Position numbers and translations under genes: made by a program
In this document: positions 1-10,055 of the stretch, in pieces
Position numbering within the stretch: position 1 is the first letter of the stretch
How the letters are laid out: every line of letters starts with the position of its first letter
The notes under the pieces: generated by a model
Told to the model about the DNA's origin: nothing
Database searches by the model: none
What the model saw: the letters and a program-made list of their open reading frames with translations, nothing else
Assembly (NCBI GenBank): GCA_965216785.1
Contig: OZ244197.1
Coordinates: 1,856,001-1,920,000 of the forward strand
Reading direction: 5' to 3'
Source: Thermodesulfobacteriota bacterium
GTDB lineage: Bacteria; Desulfobacterota_D; UBA1144; Nemesobacterales; UBA2774
Length of the DNA stretch: 64,000 nucleotides

Positions 1-344
1 TATAAAAATCGTCATTTCCGTACATGCCCCTTAATTTATACGGTTCTGGTTGTGGAACTACGTCCTTTTGATCATTCGCGTCCCGCGTTTACGGAGGTGC
101 TGTGCAAGGGCGGATTGCCGCTCTTTTCTTACCGCAGCCCAGCCTCGCGCGAATCCTGGTCATTATGAGCGTGGTTCAGTATCTCATTTTTTATCTTTTA
201 ACCTTTTCCTTAACGTAGTAAGATAGTATTTCGCATGTTGCTCATATACATGAGGGATAAGTATGGAGCTACATCCCGGCTCTTCCGGAAAAACAGATAC
301 GGGTATGCTAGTAACATTGATATAACTAAGAAAGGAGACTTAAT

Positions 345-899
345 ATGGAATTTATAAAGAAGGAAGATACATCGTTTGTAGTCGTAGACGTGCAGGAAAG
401 ACTGATGGGCGCTATGCCGGAGGGCATTACCGAGACGAACCTTAAAAATATGAAAATCCTGTTGGAAGCCGCTAATGTTCTCGGTATTCCCGTAACAGTG
501 ACCGAGCAGTACCCAAAGGGACTTGGGCCTACTATTGAAGATATCAAGGAATCGGTGGGTGAGGGGTTTGAGCCTATAGAAAAAGTGGTGTTCAGCTGCG
601 CCCGCGAGCCCGAGTTTGAGTCAGCGCTTAAGGATATAGACCGAGGCTCTGTGCTCCTTTGCGGGGTTGAGACCCACGTATGCGTGCTCCAGACGGCGAT
701 TGATCTTATTAATCGCGGATATAACGTTTACGTCCCCGCGGATGCAGTGATCTCGCGCCGTGAGCTGGACTGGGAAAAGGGTATGGAGCTCATCGAAAAG
801 GCGGGGGCCACAGTCGGCACCACAGAAGCCTTTCTTTTCCAGCTCCTTGAGCGCGCCGGAACGGATGAATTCAAGCAGATCTCCAAACTCGTCCGCTAG
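345..899 (+). CDS. Isochorismatase-family cysteine hydrolase
   Basis: VVVDVQERL, TEQYPKGLGPT, EKVVFSC and GVETHVCVLQTA motifs; AAGGAG RBS upstream. Confidence 0.9.
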   Translation: MEFIKKEDTSFVVVDVQERLMGAMPEGITETNLKNMKILLEAANVLGIPVTVTEQYPKGLGPTIEDIKESVGEGFEPIEKVVFSCAREPEFESALKDIDRGSVLLCGVETHVCVLQTAIDLINRGYNVYVPADAVISRRELDWEKGMELIEKAGATVGTTEAFLFQLLERAGTDEFKQISKLVR

Positions 900-984
900 C
901 TTACAAGTATTGGTCTCGAACATTTCTAAATTTAGAAAGGGAATAAGCTCTATTTTTCCGTCACGTTCTCCGTGCCGGGTTTAG

Positions 985-1062
985 TGGCGTCCCCAAGGGG
1001 ATTTGAACCCCTGTTTTCGGCGTGAAAGGCCGATGTCCTGGGCCAGGCTAGACGATGGGGAC
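985..1062 (-). tRNA. tRNA-Glu (anticodon TTC)
   Basis: Reverse complement reads GTCCCCATCGTCTAGCC...GGCCTTTCACGCCG...GGTTCAAATCCCCTTGGGGACGCCA; cloverleaf with encoded CCA. Confidence 0.95.
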
Positions 1063-1073
1063 ATGTAATGGAT

Positions 1074-1146
1074 TGAGCCGTGCAGGATTCGAACCTGCGG
1101 CCCACTGCTTAAAAGGCAGTTGCTCTACCAACTGAGCTAACGGCTC
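1074..1146 (-). tRNA. tRNA-Lys (anticodon TTT)
   Basis: Reverse complement GAGCCGTTAGCTCAGTTGGTAGAGCAACTGCCTTTTAAGCAGTGGGCCGCAGGTTCGAATCCTGCACGGCTCA; CCA not encoded. Confidence 0.95.
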
Positions 1147-1161
1147 AATGATAAGGGGTAC

Positions 1162-1189
1162 AATATATCATGACAATATACATTGTCAA
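1162..1189 (-). promoter_or_regulatory. Sigma70-type promoter for the tRNA-Lys/tRNA-Glu pair
   Basis: Minus strand TTGACA-N16-TATATT with a TG extension, just upstream of tRNA-Lys. Confidence 0.55.
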
Positions 1190-1273
1190 AAATTCTGTGT
1201 ACTATTTTTTCGGCCTGCTAATTACCCTGCTTTCTTAGTTTAAGGCCGTGTAATAATAATTCAAGACCAAGCT

Positions 1274-2431
1274 ATGAGTTCCCGAGTAAAATCCAACGAG
1301 ATTCGCAACGTAGCCCTGGCAACGGCGGCGAATTTTTTCTTTTTCTGTAATTTTTCCGCGTTCTTTTTACTCCCTATTCACATCCAAGAGCTCGGGGGCA
1401 CAGAGGCCGACGTCGGGTTTATTATGGGCTCTTTCGGAATTACTTCACTCGGCACAATACCATTTGTCGCCTACCTCGTAGACCGCTACGGAAGGAGAAA
1501 GTTCATGCTCCTTGGTTACAGCGTAATGTTTGCGGCCTCGCTTCTATACCTCACGGTAAGCGATCTCTCGGCGTACATATATCTGATACGCTTTATACAG
1601 GGGGTGTCGTTCGCATTCTCGTTCACGGCTGCGGGCACTTTTGTGGCAGACTACCTGCCGCCCGCGAAAAGGGCTCAGTGGCTTGGGATATTCAGCGCGT
1701 TTACAATCGCGGCCTATGCCATAGGCCCCTCGCTCGGAGAGTTCGTGATCGGCAGATTCGGTTTCGATACGTTCTTTATTTACGCTTCTGTATTCAGCTT
1801 ATTAGCATTCGTATTGGCTCTTTTTATGCGCGACGGTCATTACATTACCGCCAGAGACCCTTACGGGTTCGGCTTCTTCCGTCTTATAGCCTCAAAGAGG
1901 TTCTCGCTCATACTTGTTTCGAACCTGATACTCGCGGGAGGGCTGGGAGCGATACTGAATTTCGTTGCCGTATACCTTCGCTCAAAAGAGCTCCACGCGT
2001 TCTATTTTTTCCTGACATATACCGTGACGGTCACTGCGGTGCGGATATTCGGCGGCAGGTTCTCAGACGCCTGGGGCAGAAAGGCTGTGGCCTCACCGGG
2101 GCTGCTCGTGGTCTCTATCTCGCTTGCGGCTATGTATTTGATTGACTCTCCCGTGAGCGCTGTGCTGGTGGCGTTTGTATTCAGCTTTGGCTACGGGTTC
2201 CTGTACCCCACGCTGAGCGCGCTGGTGATAGATAAGGCCGGAGAGGATGAAAGGGGTAAGGCCATGGGCGCGTTTAACGCCTCTTACAGTATGGGGATTA
2301 ACTTTCTGGCCTTCCCGTTTGGCATAATCGCAAGGGACTGGGGATATGAAACCATGTACGTCGTCACGGGCGCCACGGTATTCATCGGTTTTTTAATCTT
2401 CACCATATTCGAGAAGGGCCGAGACTCTTGA
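1274..2431 (+). CDS. MFS transporter
   Basis: About 12 hydrophobic segments; motif A-like LVDRYGRRK and FSDAWGRK. Confidence 0.9.
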   Translation: MSSRVKSNEIRNVALATAANFFFFCNFSAFFLLPIHIQELGGTEADVGFIMGSFGITSLGTIPFVAYLVDRYGRRKFMLLGYSVMFAASLLYLTVSDLSAYIYLIRFIQGVSFAFSFTAAGTFVADYLPPAKRAQWLGIFSAFTIAAYAIGPSLGEFVIGRFGFDTFFIYASVFSLLAFVLALFMRDGHYITARDPYGFGFFRLIASKRFSLILVSNLILAGGLGAILNFVAVYLRSKELHAFYFFLTYTVTVTAVRIFGGRFSDAWGRKAVASPGLLVVSISLAAMYLIDSPVSAVLVAFVFSFGYGFLYPTLSALVIDKAGEDERGKAMGAFNASYSMGINFLAFPFGIIARDWGYETMYVVTGATVFIGFLIFTIFEKGRDS

Positions 2432-2471
2432 ATGAGACCAAGATTCTTGAATCAAACTGAGATTCTTGAAT
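2421..2471 (+). repeat. Three imperfect 19-bp-period repeats with core AGA(C/T)TCTTGAAT
   Basis: gagactcttgaat at 2421, aagattcttgaat at 2440, gagattcttgaat at 2459. Confidence 0.7.
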
Positions 2472-2526
2472 ATTTTTCAGTTATTAATTAGTCTAGCGGA
2501 ATAACAAATCAGAGGATAAAAAATAT

Positions 2527-3327
2527 ATGAAAGTTAAAGAAGGAGACCACGTGCTCATCGTGTCTCCAGACGAGAAAACCTACTTGGTAAAGGTGCATAG
2601 CGGCAAGGGCATGGGCACTCATCTTGGAGAGGTAAGTCTGGGTGACGCCATAGGGATTGAGTACGGAGAGAGGATATATTCTAACCTCAAGCACGCCTTC
2701 CTAGTGCTCGAGCCAACGCTTGAGGACAGGATGATGAAGATCAGAAGGCGCACTCAGATCATATACCCCAAGGACGCGGGGTTGATACTCCTTAAATGCG
2801 GCGTAAAAACCGGTATGAGGGTAGTCGAGTGCGGGACGGGCTCGGGGGCGCTCACTATGGCGCTTGCTAACGCGGTTGCGCCTACAGGGAAGGTATATAC
2901 GTATGACCGCAGAGAAGAGTTCTCGGAAAACGCGCGCCAGAACATCGAGAACGCGGGGTATGCGGAATATGTGGAGTTTAAGCACGGGGAGGCCCAGGCG
3001 GGTTTTGACGAGGAGGATGTGGATGTAGCTATTATTGATCTGCCCTCACCTTGGGACGGTATACCGGCAGCCGTGAAGGCGCTAAGGGGAGGGGGGAGGA
3101 TAGCGAGCCTGTCTCCGACATACAACCAGGTTGAGAGGTGCGTTGAGAGGCTCGAGCAGGAAGGATTCGTGCTCATAGAAACTCTCGAAGTGCTTGTTAG
3201 ATCTATCAGGGTTGCCAGAGGCAAAACGAGGCCCGTTGACCGGATGGTGGGCCACACGGGGTTTCTTACTTTCGGCACGAAAGCCCTTCCCGAAGACCCG
3301 GCCCGTGAGCCCGAGCCCGAAAACTGA
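2527..3327 (+). CDS. trmI: tRNA (adenine-N1)-methyltransferase, TrmI/GCD14 family (m1A58)
   Basis: RRTQIIYPKD, VVECGTGSGALT, DLPSPW, SPTYNQV and MVGHTGFL motifs. Confidence 0.9.
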   Translation: MKVKEGDHVLIVSPDEKTYLVKVHSGKGMGTHLGEVSLGDAIGIEYGERIYSNLKHAFLVLEPTLEDRMMKIRRRTQIIYPKDAGLILLKCGVKTGMRVVECGTGSGALTMALANAVAPTGKVYTYDRREEFSENARQNIENAGYAEYVEFKHGEAQAGFDEEDVDVAIIDLPSPWDGIPAAVKALRGGGRIASLSPTYNQVERCVERLEQEGFVLIETLEVLVRSIRVARGKTRPVDRMVGHTGFLTFGTKALPEDPAREPEPEN

Positions 3328-3376
3328 TTATGCTAAACTTTTTTACTACACAAGTACGATTTAGAGGCCTCATAAT

Positions 3377-4186
3377 ATGAAGGGCAGGAAAGACCCCCGA
3401 TTAGTCCTTATTTTCATCTTAATAGCGGCCGCTCTGTATTTTTTCTATTCTGAAGATAGAAAAAGCCCTGAAACCAGGGAGTACCGGGTAGTAGAGGTAC
3501 TCGACGGCGACACGGTCGTGATTGACGACGCGCGCGGGTCTTCTGTCAGATACCTGGGCATAGATACGCCCGAGGTGCCGCATGAGGACGCTCCCGGCGA
3601 GCCTATGGCCGAGGTGGCCAGGGAATACAATGAGGAGCTCGTCGGAGATAAGTATATTAAGCTTGAATTCGATGAGGAGAAGTACGACGTGTACGGCAGG
3701 ATGCTCGCGCACGTCTACGTAGACGGGGTGTTCGTTAACCTTGAGCTCCTAAGAAAAGGTCTGGCAACGGACATGATCATCGAGCCCAATACCAAGCACT
3801 CGGACTCCATACACGAGGCCCTAAACGAAGCCAAAAAGCACCGGCGCGGCATCTGGGGCGATCTGCGCGCCATGAAAGAGCCTTCGGGAAACGGGAAGTA
3901 TGTGATTGATATATCAAAGGCATCTCTTTACGCCGGCAAGAGAGTTGTTGTCGAAGGAGAAATTACAAATACTCGAAAAACGGGCAAATTGATAGCCCTT
4001 AAAATGGGTGAGGAGCTGGATGTAAAGATATACGAGTCCGACTGGCCTAATTTCTCATATTTCGGGATCGCGCCTGAGTCTTATTACAAAGGCAAACACC
4101 TCAGAGTGACCGGGCGTTTAAGGGTTTACCATGGTACGCCGGGGATAGTCGTCGGGCATCCTATAGCTATAAGGGAGCTTGAATGA
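3377..4186 (+). CDS. Thermonuclease (SNase) family protein with N-terminal membrane anchor and probable C-terminal OB-like domain
   Basis: VLDGDT, VRYLGIDTPE, DVYGRMLAHVY, AKKHRRGIW. Confidence 0.85.
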   Translation: MKGRKDPRLVLIFILIAAALYFFYSEDRKSPETREYRVVEVLDGDTVVIDDARGSSVRYLGIDTPEVPHEDAPGEPMAEVAREYNEELVGDKYIKLEFDEEKYDVYGRMLAHVYVDGVFVNLELLRKGLATDMIIEPNTKHSDSIHEALNEAKKHRRGIWGDLRAMKEPSGNGKYVIDISKASLYAGKRVVVEGEITNTRKTGKLIALKMGEELDVKIYESDWPNFSYFGIAPESYYKGKHLRVTGRLRVYHGTPGIVVGHPIAIRELE

Positions 4187-4830
4187 GCGTGCGGGATATA
4201 CTTGCAGAGGGCGCGCGGGAGCTTGGAATTGATTTAACCGATACAGAGCTCTCGCTATTTATGCTATATCTTGATCAGCTTAAGCTCTGGAGCGCTAAAA
4301 TTAATCTCACTGCGGTTAAAACCGATAGGGATATTGTTATAAAACACTTCATAGATTCGATTGTCCCTGCTGAGTATATTGAAGAGAACGCGGCTCTCTT
4401 GGACATAGGCTCGGGCGGGGGCTTTCCAGGAGTGCCACTAAAGATAGTTCGTCCCGATCTACAAGTGACTCTGCTTGAGTCCTCGGGTAAAAAGGTTTCA
4501 TTTTTAAAGGACCTCATCAGAAAGCTCGGACTGTCCGGACTGAACGCTTTAGCCGCCAGAGCTGAGGATGCTCAGAATGCAGTCCCCAGACACAGCTTTG
4601 ACTGCGTGATCACAAGGGCCGTGGGCAGCGTTCCGTACGTGCTCGAGCTAAGCCTCCCTTATGTAAAGAAAGAGGGAATGATTGTACTGATGAGGGGGAG
4701 AACGGGGGCGGAAGACTTTGAGGGGTCTGAACTTGAGGGAAAACTGGAATTAATGGAAGATAGAAGGATGACACTTCCTTACGACAGCATGGAGCGAAGA
4801 CTTCTTATATTTAAACCGGAAGTTAGTTAG
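4183..4830 (+). CDS. rsmG: 16S rRNA m7G527 methyltransferase
   Basis: INLTA, KHFIDS, LDIGSGGGFPGVPL, ESSGKK, TRAV; ATGA overlap with the upstream gene. Confidence 0.95.
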   Translation: MSVRDILAEGARELGIDLTDTELSLFMLYLDQLKLWSAKINLTAVKTDRDIVIKHFIDSIVPAEYIEENAALLDIGSGGGFPGVPLKIVRPDLQVTLLESSGKKVSFLKDLIRKLGLSGLNALAARAEDAQNAVPRHSFDCVITRAVGSVPYVLELSLPYVKKEGMIVLMRGRTGAEDFEGSELEGKLELMEDRRMTLPYDSMERRLLIFKPEVS

Positions 4831-4865
4831 TATAGTCCCGAGAGCGTGAATAATCTGGAGGAACG

Positions 4866-5825
4866 ATGGTTTTATTTCTTAACGAAGAAGATGTGAAGAG
4901 CATCCTTACCATGGCGGATGCCGTGAAAGTGCTGGAAGAGATGTTCAGGCAGCAGGGTCTGGGCAATATTATAAATAACCCCCGCCAAAGAGTAAGAACA
5001 AAAGACAGCATGCTCCACTACCTTGCCGGCGCGCTGCCGCACCTTGGGGTTATGGGCTATAAGGCCTATACGACTCACAAGGGCGGAATGAAGTTCAGAG
5101 TGTTTTTGCATGACATCGAGAGCGGCGAGCTTATGTCGATTATGGAAGGAAATTACATGGGTATGATACGCACCGGGGCTGTGAGCGGTGTGGCGACGAA
5201 GTACATGGCCAGGGAGGATACGCACCGCGTGGGCATATACGGGGCCGGATGGCAGGCTAGGGGTCAGCTGGCCGCAATGTGCGCTGTAAGGGATATTAAG
5301 GGAATAAAGGTTTTTAGCCGAAATAAAGAAAAGCGCCAGGAGTTCGCTAAATTTATGGAAGAGCTGCTGGAAGTAGAGGTTACTCCCGCCGTTACACCCG
5401 AGGACACCGCCGAAGACGCGGACTGCGTGATTACGGCTACGAGCGCGTTTGAGCCCGTGTTTACAAGCGACTGGTTAACGCCGGGAATGCACGTAAACGC
5501 CATAGGCGGTAATTTTCTCTTTAAAAGGGAGATAAGTGAAAATACGGTTAGGAGCGCGGGTAAAAAGGTCGTGGAATCGATTGAGCAGTGCATGATAGAG
5601 GCGGGTGAGTTTCTTCCTCTGATCGAAAAGGGCCGGATGAAGTGGAGCGATCTCATAGAGTTAGGCGACGTTGTAACGGGAAAAGTAAGCGGAAGAGATA
5701 CGGAAGAAGAGATAACCCTCTTTAAATCCGTAGGCGTTGCTGTTGAGGATATAGCGGTCGCCGCGCATATATATAATATCGCGAAAAAGGCCGGTATCGG
5801 CACATCGCTGGACATACCGTCTTGA
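4866..5825 (+). CDS. Ornithine cyclodeaminase/mu-crystallin family protein
   Basis: RTGAVSGVATKYMA, GAGWQA, GMHVNAIG, FKSVGVAVED. Confidence 0.9.
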   Translation: MVLFLNEEDVKSILTMADAVKVLEEMFRQQGLGNIINNPRQRVRTKDSMLHYLAGALPHLGVMGYKAYTTHKGGMKFRVFLHDIESGELMSIMEGNYMGMIRTGAVSGVATKYMAREDTHRVGIYGAGWQARGQLAAMCAVRDIKGIKVFSRNKEKRQEFAKFMEELLEVEVTPAVTPEDTAEDADCVITATSAFEPVFTSDWLTPGMHVNAIGGNFLFKREISENTVRSAGKKVVESIEQCMIEAGEFLPLIEKGRMKWSDLIELGDVVTGKVSGRDTEEEITLFKSVGVAVEDIAVAAHIYNIAKKAGIGTSLDIPS

Positions 5826-5918
5826 CCGCAAATAGTTTGAATGTTAGTGTACGTCTGCTCATTTGAATATGCCGTATGCTTCATAACCTGAATTGCTAAT
5901 AATAAAAGTGAGGACTAA

Positions 5919-6776
5919 ATGAAAACAGTCGGAATTATCGGTGGGAGCGGGCTCTACGAAATAGAGGGTTTGACAGATGTGGAGTCAGTCTCCGTCGAGA
6001 CGCCTTGGGGGAGTCCGTCGGACGAGCTTATTACAGGTACCCTGGGTGATGTGAAGATGGTTTTCCTGCCGCGTCACGGCAGGGGCCATGTGCTGATACC
6101 TTCTGAGATTAATTACCGGGCGAACATATTCGCCATGAAAAAGCTCGGAGTGCAGTGGATAATCGCGGTAAGCGCCGTCGGGAGCATGAAAGAGGAGATC
6201 TTCCCCGGCCATGTTGTGGTGCCATCTCAATATTTTGATCATACCAAGGGAAGAAAATCCACTTTCTTCGGCGAAGGGATCGCGGCGCACGTCTCGATTG
6301 CGGACCCCGTGTGCCCGGTGCTTTCCAAAGTGCTGGCGCAGGCTGCGCGCGACTCGGGGGCCACGGTGCACGAGGGGGGTACATACATATGTATGGAAGG
6401 TCCCCAGTTTTCCTCCCGCGCGGAGAGCAACATCTACCGCTCCTGGGGGGTGGACGTGATCGGTATGACCAATATGCCCGAGGCCAAGCTTGCGCGTGAA
6501 GCTGAGATTTGCTATGCTAGTCTAGCGCTTTCGACAGATTATGACTGCTGGCACGAGGGTCATGACGATGTCACGGTGGATGATTTGATCGAAACTCTTA
6601 CTCAAAATGTCGCGCTTTCGAAAACGGTCATTGAAAAGGCCGCGCCTAAGATTAATGCGTCCAGAGAATGCGTTTGCTCAAACGCCCTCCAGAACGCCAT
6701 TATCACATCAAGCGGCTCAATTACGGAAGATGTGAAACAGAGACTCGGAATACTGATAGAGAGGTATGTAAAATGA
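5919..6776 (+). CDS. mtnP: S-methyl-5'-thioadenosine phosphorylase
   Basis: GIIGGSG, RHGRGH, EGPQFSSRAES, IGMTNMPEAKLAREAE, TDYDCW. Confidence 0.93.
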   Translation: MKTVGIIGGSGLYEIEGLTDVESVSVETPWGSPSDELITGTLGDVKMVFLPRHGRGHVLIPSEINYRANIFAMKKLGVQWIIAVSAVGSMKEEIFPGHVVVPSQYFDHTKGRKSTFFGEGIAAHVSIADPVCPVLSKVLAQAARDSGATVHEGGTYICMEGPQFSSRAESNIYRSWGVDVIGMTNMPEAKLAREAEICYASLALSTDYDCWHEGHDDVTVDDLIETLTQNVALSKTVIEKAAPKINASRECVCSNALQNAIITSSGSITEDVKQRLGILIERYVK

Positions 6777-7675
6777 AGCTTTTAGTTGTCGGTTCAATGG
6801 CGCTCGATACCATAGAGACGCCTTTTGGCAAAGAAGAAGGAATTCTAGGAGGCTCGGCGTCTTTTTTCTCGCTGGCCGCTAATCTATTTACTGATGTGGG
6901 TATTGTTGCCGTGGTAGGGAACGATTTTCCGGAAGCGCACCTTAACCTGTTCCGCTCAAAGAATATAGAGCTTGAGGGCGTAAATAAAGTAGAAGGGGAG
7001 ACGTTTAAGTGGGAAGGCCGTTACGGCTATGACCTGGGTGATCCGGATACGCTGGGCACCTACCTTAACGTTTTTGAGAACTTTAACCCTGTAATCCCCG
7101 AAAGCTACCGTGACACTGACTATGTGTTCCTGGCCAACATAGACCCCGAGCTTCAGCTAAGCGTTCTGAAACAGGTTCGTGAGCCCAAGCTCGTCGCGTG
7201 CGATACGATGAACTACTGGATAGACAATAAGCCTGAAGAGCTTAAGGAAGTACTTAAGCACGTGGACATTCTGCTCATTAACGATTCAGAGACCAGAGCG
7301 CTTGCCGAAGAGCCCAGGATTACCAGGGCAGCGAGGGCCGTGCTGGATATGGGACCCAAGGTGCTGATTGTGAAGAGGGGCGAGTACGGAGCGCTGATGT
7401 TTTCCGATGAGGGAATATTCTGGGCCCCGAGCTACCCGCTTGAAGAAGTGATCGACCCGACAGGCGCGGGTGATACTTTTGCCGGTGGGTTTATGGGGTA
7501 CATCGCCGGGCACGGTATTACAGAGCCGACAGGGTTTAAAACCGCAGTGGTATACGGTAGTGTTATAGCATCATTTACTGTTGAGAATTTCAGCGTCAGG
7601 AGGCTTTCGTCACTTAGAGATGAAGAGATTGAGACCAGGTTCTCGGAGTTCCTGCGGCTTTCAAAGCTTGACTGA
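6773..7675 (+). CDS. PfkB-family carbohydrate/nucleoside kinase
   Basis: VVGSMALD start, DPTGAGDTFAGG signature; true start is ATG 6773 (ATGA overlap with mtnP), not 6668. Confidence 0.9.
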   Translation: MKLLVVGSMALDTIETPFGKEEGILGGSASFFSLAANLFTDVGIVAVVGNDFPEAHLNLFRSKNIELEGVNKVEGETFKWEGRYGYDLGDPDTLGTYLNVFENFNPVIPESYRDTDYVFLANIDPELQLSVLKQVREPKLVACDTMNYWIDNKPEELKEVLKHVDILLINDSETRALAEEPRITRAARAVLDMGPKVLIVKRGEYGALMFSDEGIFWAPSYPLEEVIDPTGAGDTFAGGFMGYIAGHGITEPTGFKTAVVYGSVIASFTVENFSVRRLSSLRDEEIETRFSEFLRLSKLD

Positions 7676-7676
7676 T

Positions 7677-8441
7677 ATGAAACATTTAATTGTATCGATA
7701 TTCTTAGTATCCGCGCTCATGATATCCTGCGGTGCTAAAAATTCAGAGCCCGATGTGGATAAGGAGAAGCTCTACCAAGACCAGAAGTCGCTTGCGGTGG
7801 CTTCGCTGCGCCGCGGCAATTTTCAGCAGGCAATGAAGGAGATAGATGAGGCCCAAGCGCTCCATGAAAAAGAAGACCCTGAGATTTATCTCATAAGAGG
7901 GGCGATATATTTCGGTCTCAAGGATTATCCGGTCGCCGAATCCAACTATAAGAGGGCTCTTGAAATTAATCCTGGGTATTCGCAGGCGAGATTTAACCTA
8001 TGCGGGCTCTATTTAAAGGAAAGCAAATTCGACGCCGCAATCGCCGAGTGTAACAGAGTTGTTTCGGACCCTGTTTTTAATGCCAGAGAGAACGCGTATA
8101 CGACCATAGGACTTGCGTATTTCAATAAGGGCGACATAGCAAGCGCGCGGGATAACTATGAAAAGGCGCTTCAGATTAATCCCGCTTTCGTTTATGCGCA
8201 TAACGAGCTCGGTAAGCTCTACATGGCAACAGGCAGGGAAGGGGAGGCTATCGATGAGTTCAAGCTTGCGATTTCGGGTCTGCCCACTTATGAAGAGGCA
8301 TATTACAACCTAGGACTTGCTTACCTCAAAGTTGACGATAAGGAAAACGCGTGCCAATCGTTTGCCGAAGTTGTAAGGCTGTCTCCGAACTCTGAGTTCG
8401 GAATGAACTCCAACCGTTATCTGTCCTCAGTTTGTAAGTGA
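7677..8441 (+). CDS. TPR-repeat lipoprotein (PilF/PilW-like)
   Basis: Lipobox-like MKHLIVSIFLVSALMISC from ATG 7677; several TPR repeats. Confidence 0.8.
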   Translation: MKHLIVSIFLVSALMISCGAKNSEPDVDKEKLYQDQKSLAVASLRRGNFQQAMKEIDEAQALHEKEDPEIYLIRGAIYFGLKDYPVAESNYKRALEINPGYSQARFNLCGLYLKESKFDAAIAECNRVVSDPVFNARENAYTTIGLAYFNKGDIASARDNYEKALQINPAFVYAHNELGKLYMATGREGEAIDEFKLAISGLPTYEEAYYNLGLAYLKVDDKENACQSFAEVVRLSPNSEFGMNSNRYLSSVCK

Positions 8442-8474
8442 TTTTCGGCCCCGCGGGAGCCAAAGACATTCCTG

Positions 8475-9932
8475 CTAATAACCCTTTTTAATTTTCCCGG
8501 CAAGTGAAGTAGTGGAGATTCCTTTTACGAGGGGAATAATTTTTACCGTACCGCCCGCTTTTTCTACGAACGTGCTTCCGACAACGTCGCCTGCTTTATA
8601 ATCGCCGCCTTTTACCAATATGTCAGGTCTTAGTTTCTTTATCAGATTAAGAGGGGTTTGTTCATTAAAAACCGTAAGATACGAAACACAGTCAAGAGCC
8701 GTGAGCAGCTGTGCGCGCTCTTCCTCTGAGACAAACGGACGTCCACGACCCTTGAGCTTTTTCACAGAGCTGTCGCTGTTTATTGCCACTACTAGCACGT
8801 CGCCCAGGCCCGCTGCCTCGGTCAGGAGCTTTAAATGCCCGGTGTGAAAGAGATCGAAGCATCCGTTTGTAAATACCACTCTATCTCCCCTGGTTCTGTG
8901 CGAGGCAAGCTTCTTGGCGAGCGCCTCAGGAGATTGTATCTTCGATTCCGATTTTCCCGGGTTTAATAAGTGCTCTGTTAATTCTCTGCTCTCCACCTGT
9001 GAAGCGCCCAGGTGCCCAACTGTAATACCGGCTGCGGCGTTGGCTATTTGTACGGATTCGCCGAGCGCTCCCGATGCGGCGTAAGCAAGAGTAAACGCGC
9101 TTACGACCGTGTCTCCCGCTCCGGTTACGTCGTATACCTCTTTGGCGTTAGAGTTAATCGTGACCGCTTTCCCGCCTTTCTTGCAGTAGGTAATACCATC
9201 ACGGCCCCGGGTAATCAGTACGCACCCTGCGCCTGTTTGTTTCAGGATGCTCTTAACCGCGGCGCTTAAAGTCCTTGCATCTGTTATTTTAGTGCCGCTT
9301 GCGGCCTCTGTCTCAGATTTATTGGGCGTAATAACGTCAGCACCCCGGTACTTCGTAAAGTCCTCTCCCTTTGGGTCTACAACGGTTAGTATTCCCTTTT
9401 TACGCGCGAGCTTTATAGTGTGTGAAATCACTTTTTGTGTAAGCGCCCCCTTGGCGTAGTCTGAGATTATAATAGCGTCCGGGGTATTGCCTGCTAAATA
9501 CTTGTCTATCTTGCCGATCATGGCGCTCTCGGTCTTGGAAGATATAGGCTCCTCGGCATCGTAGTCTACTCTAGCAATCTGTTGGTTAGAGGCCATGAGG
9601 CGGGTTTTCACGGTTGTTTTCACATAAGGGTCGCGAGTAACCCCGCTTGGGCTAATACCGGAGAGCTTGATCTCTTCTCTGAGCAGATCCCCCTGCGCGT
9701 CATTACCACAGACGCCGATCAAGCTTACTTTTGAGCCGAGTGCTTTTAAATTCAAAGATACGTTTGCGGCCCCTCCCGGAGATTGAAACTCCTCAGCTAC
9801 CTTTAGCACGGGTACGGGCGCTTCCGGAGATACCCGTTGTACGTCCCCCGTTACGTAGCGGTCCAGCATCAAATCCCCCACTACTAGTACTCGCAGTAAC
9901 TTGAATTTCTTTATTATGTCTGTAGTTTTCAT
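8475..9932 (-). CDS. hldE: Bifunctional heptose-7-phosphate kinase / heptose-1-phosphate adenylyltransferase
   Basis: GDLMLDRY, RVSPEAPVP, DVTGAGDT, FTNGCFDLFHTGH, LVKGGDY; likely start MKTTDII at 9932. Confidence 0.93.
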   Translation of the reverse strand: MKTTDIIKKFKLLRVLVVGDLMLDRYVTGDVQRVSPEAPVPVLKVAEEFQSPGGAANVSLNLKALGSKVSLIGVCGNDAQGDLLREEIKLSGISPSGVTRDPYVKTTVKTRLMASNQQIARVDYDAEEPISSKTESAMIGKIDKYLAGNTPDAIIISDYAKGALTQKVISHTIKLARKKGILTVVDPKGEDFTKYRGADVITPNKSETEAASGTKITDARTLSAAVKSILKQTGAGCVLITRGRDGITYCKKGGKAVTINSNAKEVYDVTGAGDTVVSAFTLAYAASGALGESVQIANAAAGITVGHLGASQVESRELTEHLLNPGKSESKIQSPEALAKKLASHRTRGDRVVFTNGCFDLFHTGHLKLLTEAAGLGDVLVVAINSDSSVKKLKGRGRPFVSEEERAQLLTALDCVSYLTVFNEQTPLNLIKKLRPDILVKGGDYKAGDVVGSTFVEKAGGTVKIIPLVKGISTTSLAGKIKKGY

Positions 9933-10055
9933 ATTCTGAAGAGTATGTAAGTATTCGTCTATTCTCGGAAATTTATTTCTAATTATAATAGTGTTCCGTG
10001 GTTCTGTAAATCTTACTCTGTGCCCGGCGCTTAAAAGTGCGCTATAATTGTAGCT

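Noticed and set aside
1-25. Start of a minus-strand gene (MYGNDDFY...) at the window edge
   Set aside because: Only eight codons are visible, which is too little to support a call.
2527-3327. TrmI as evidence of archaeal origin
   Set aside because: TrmI occurs in several bacterial phyla, and the surrounding genes, sigma54 regulators and fMet tRNA are clearly bacterial.
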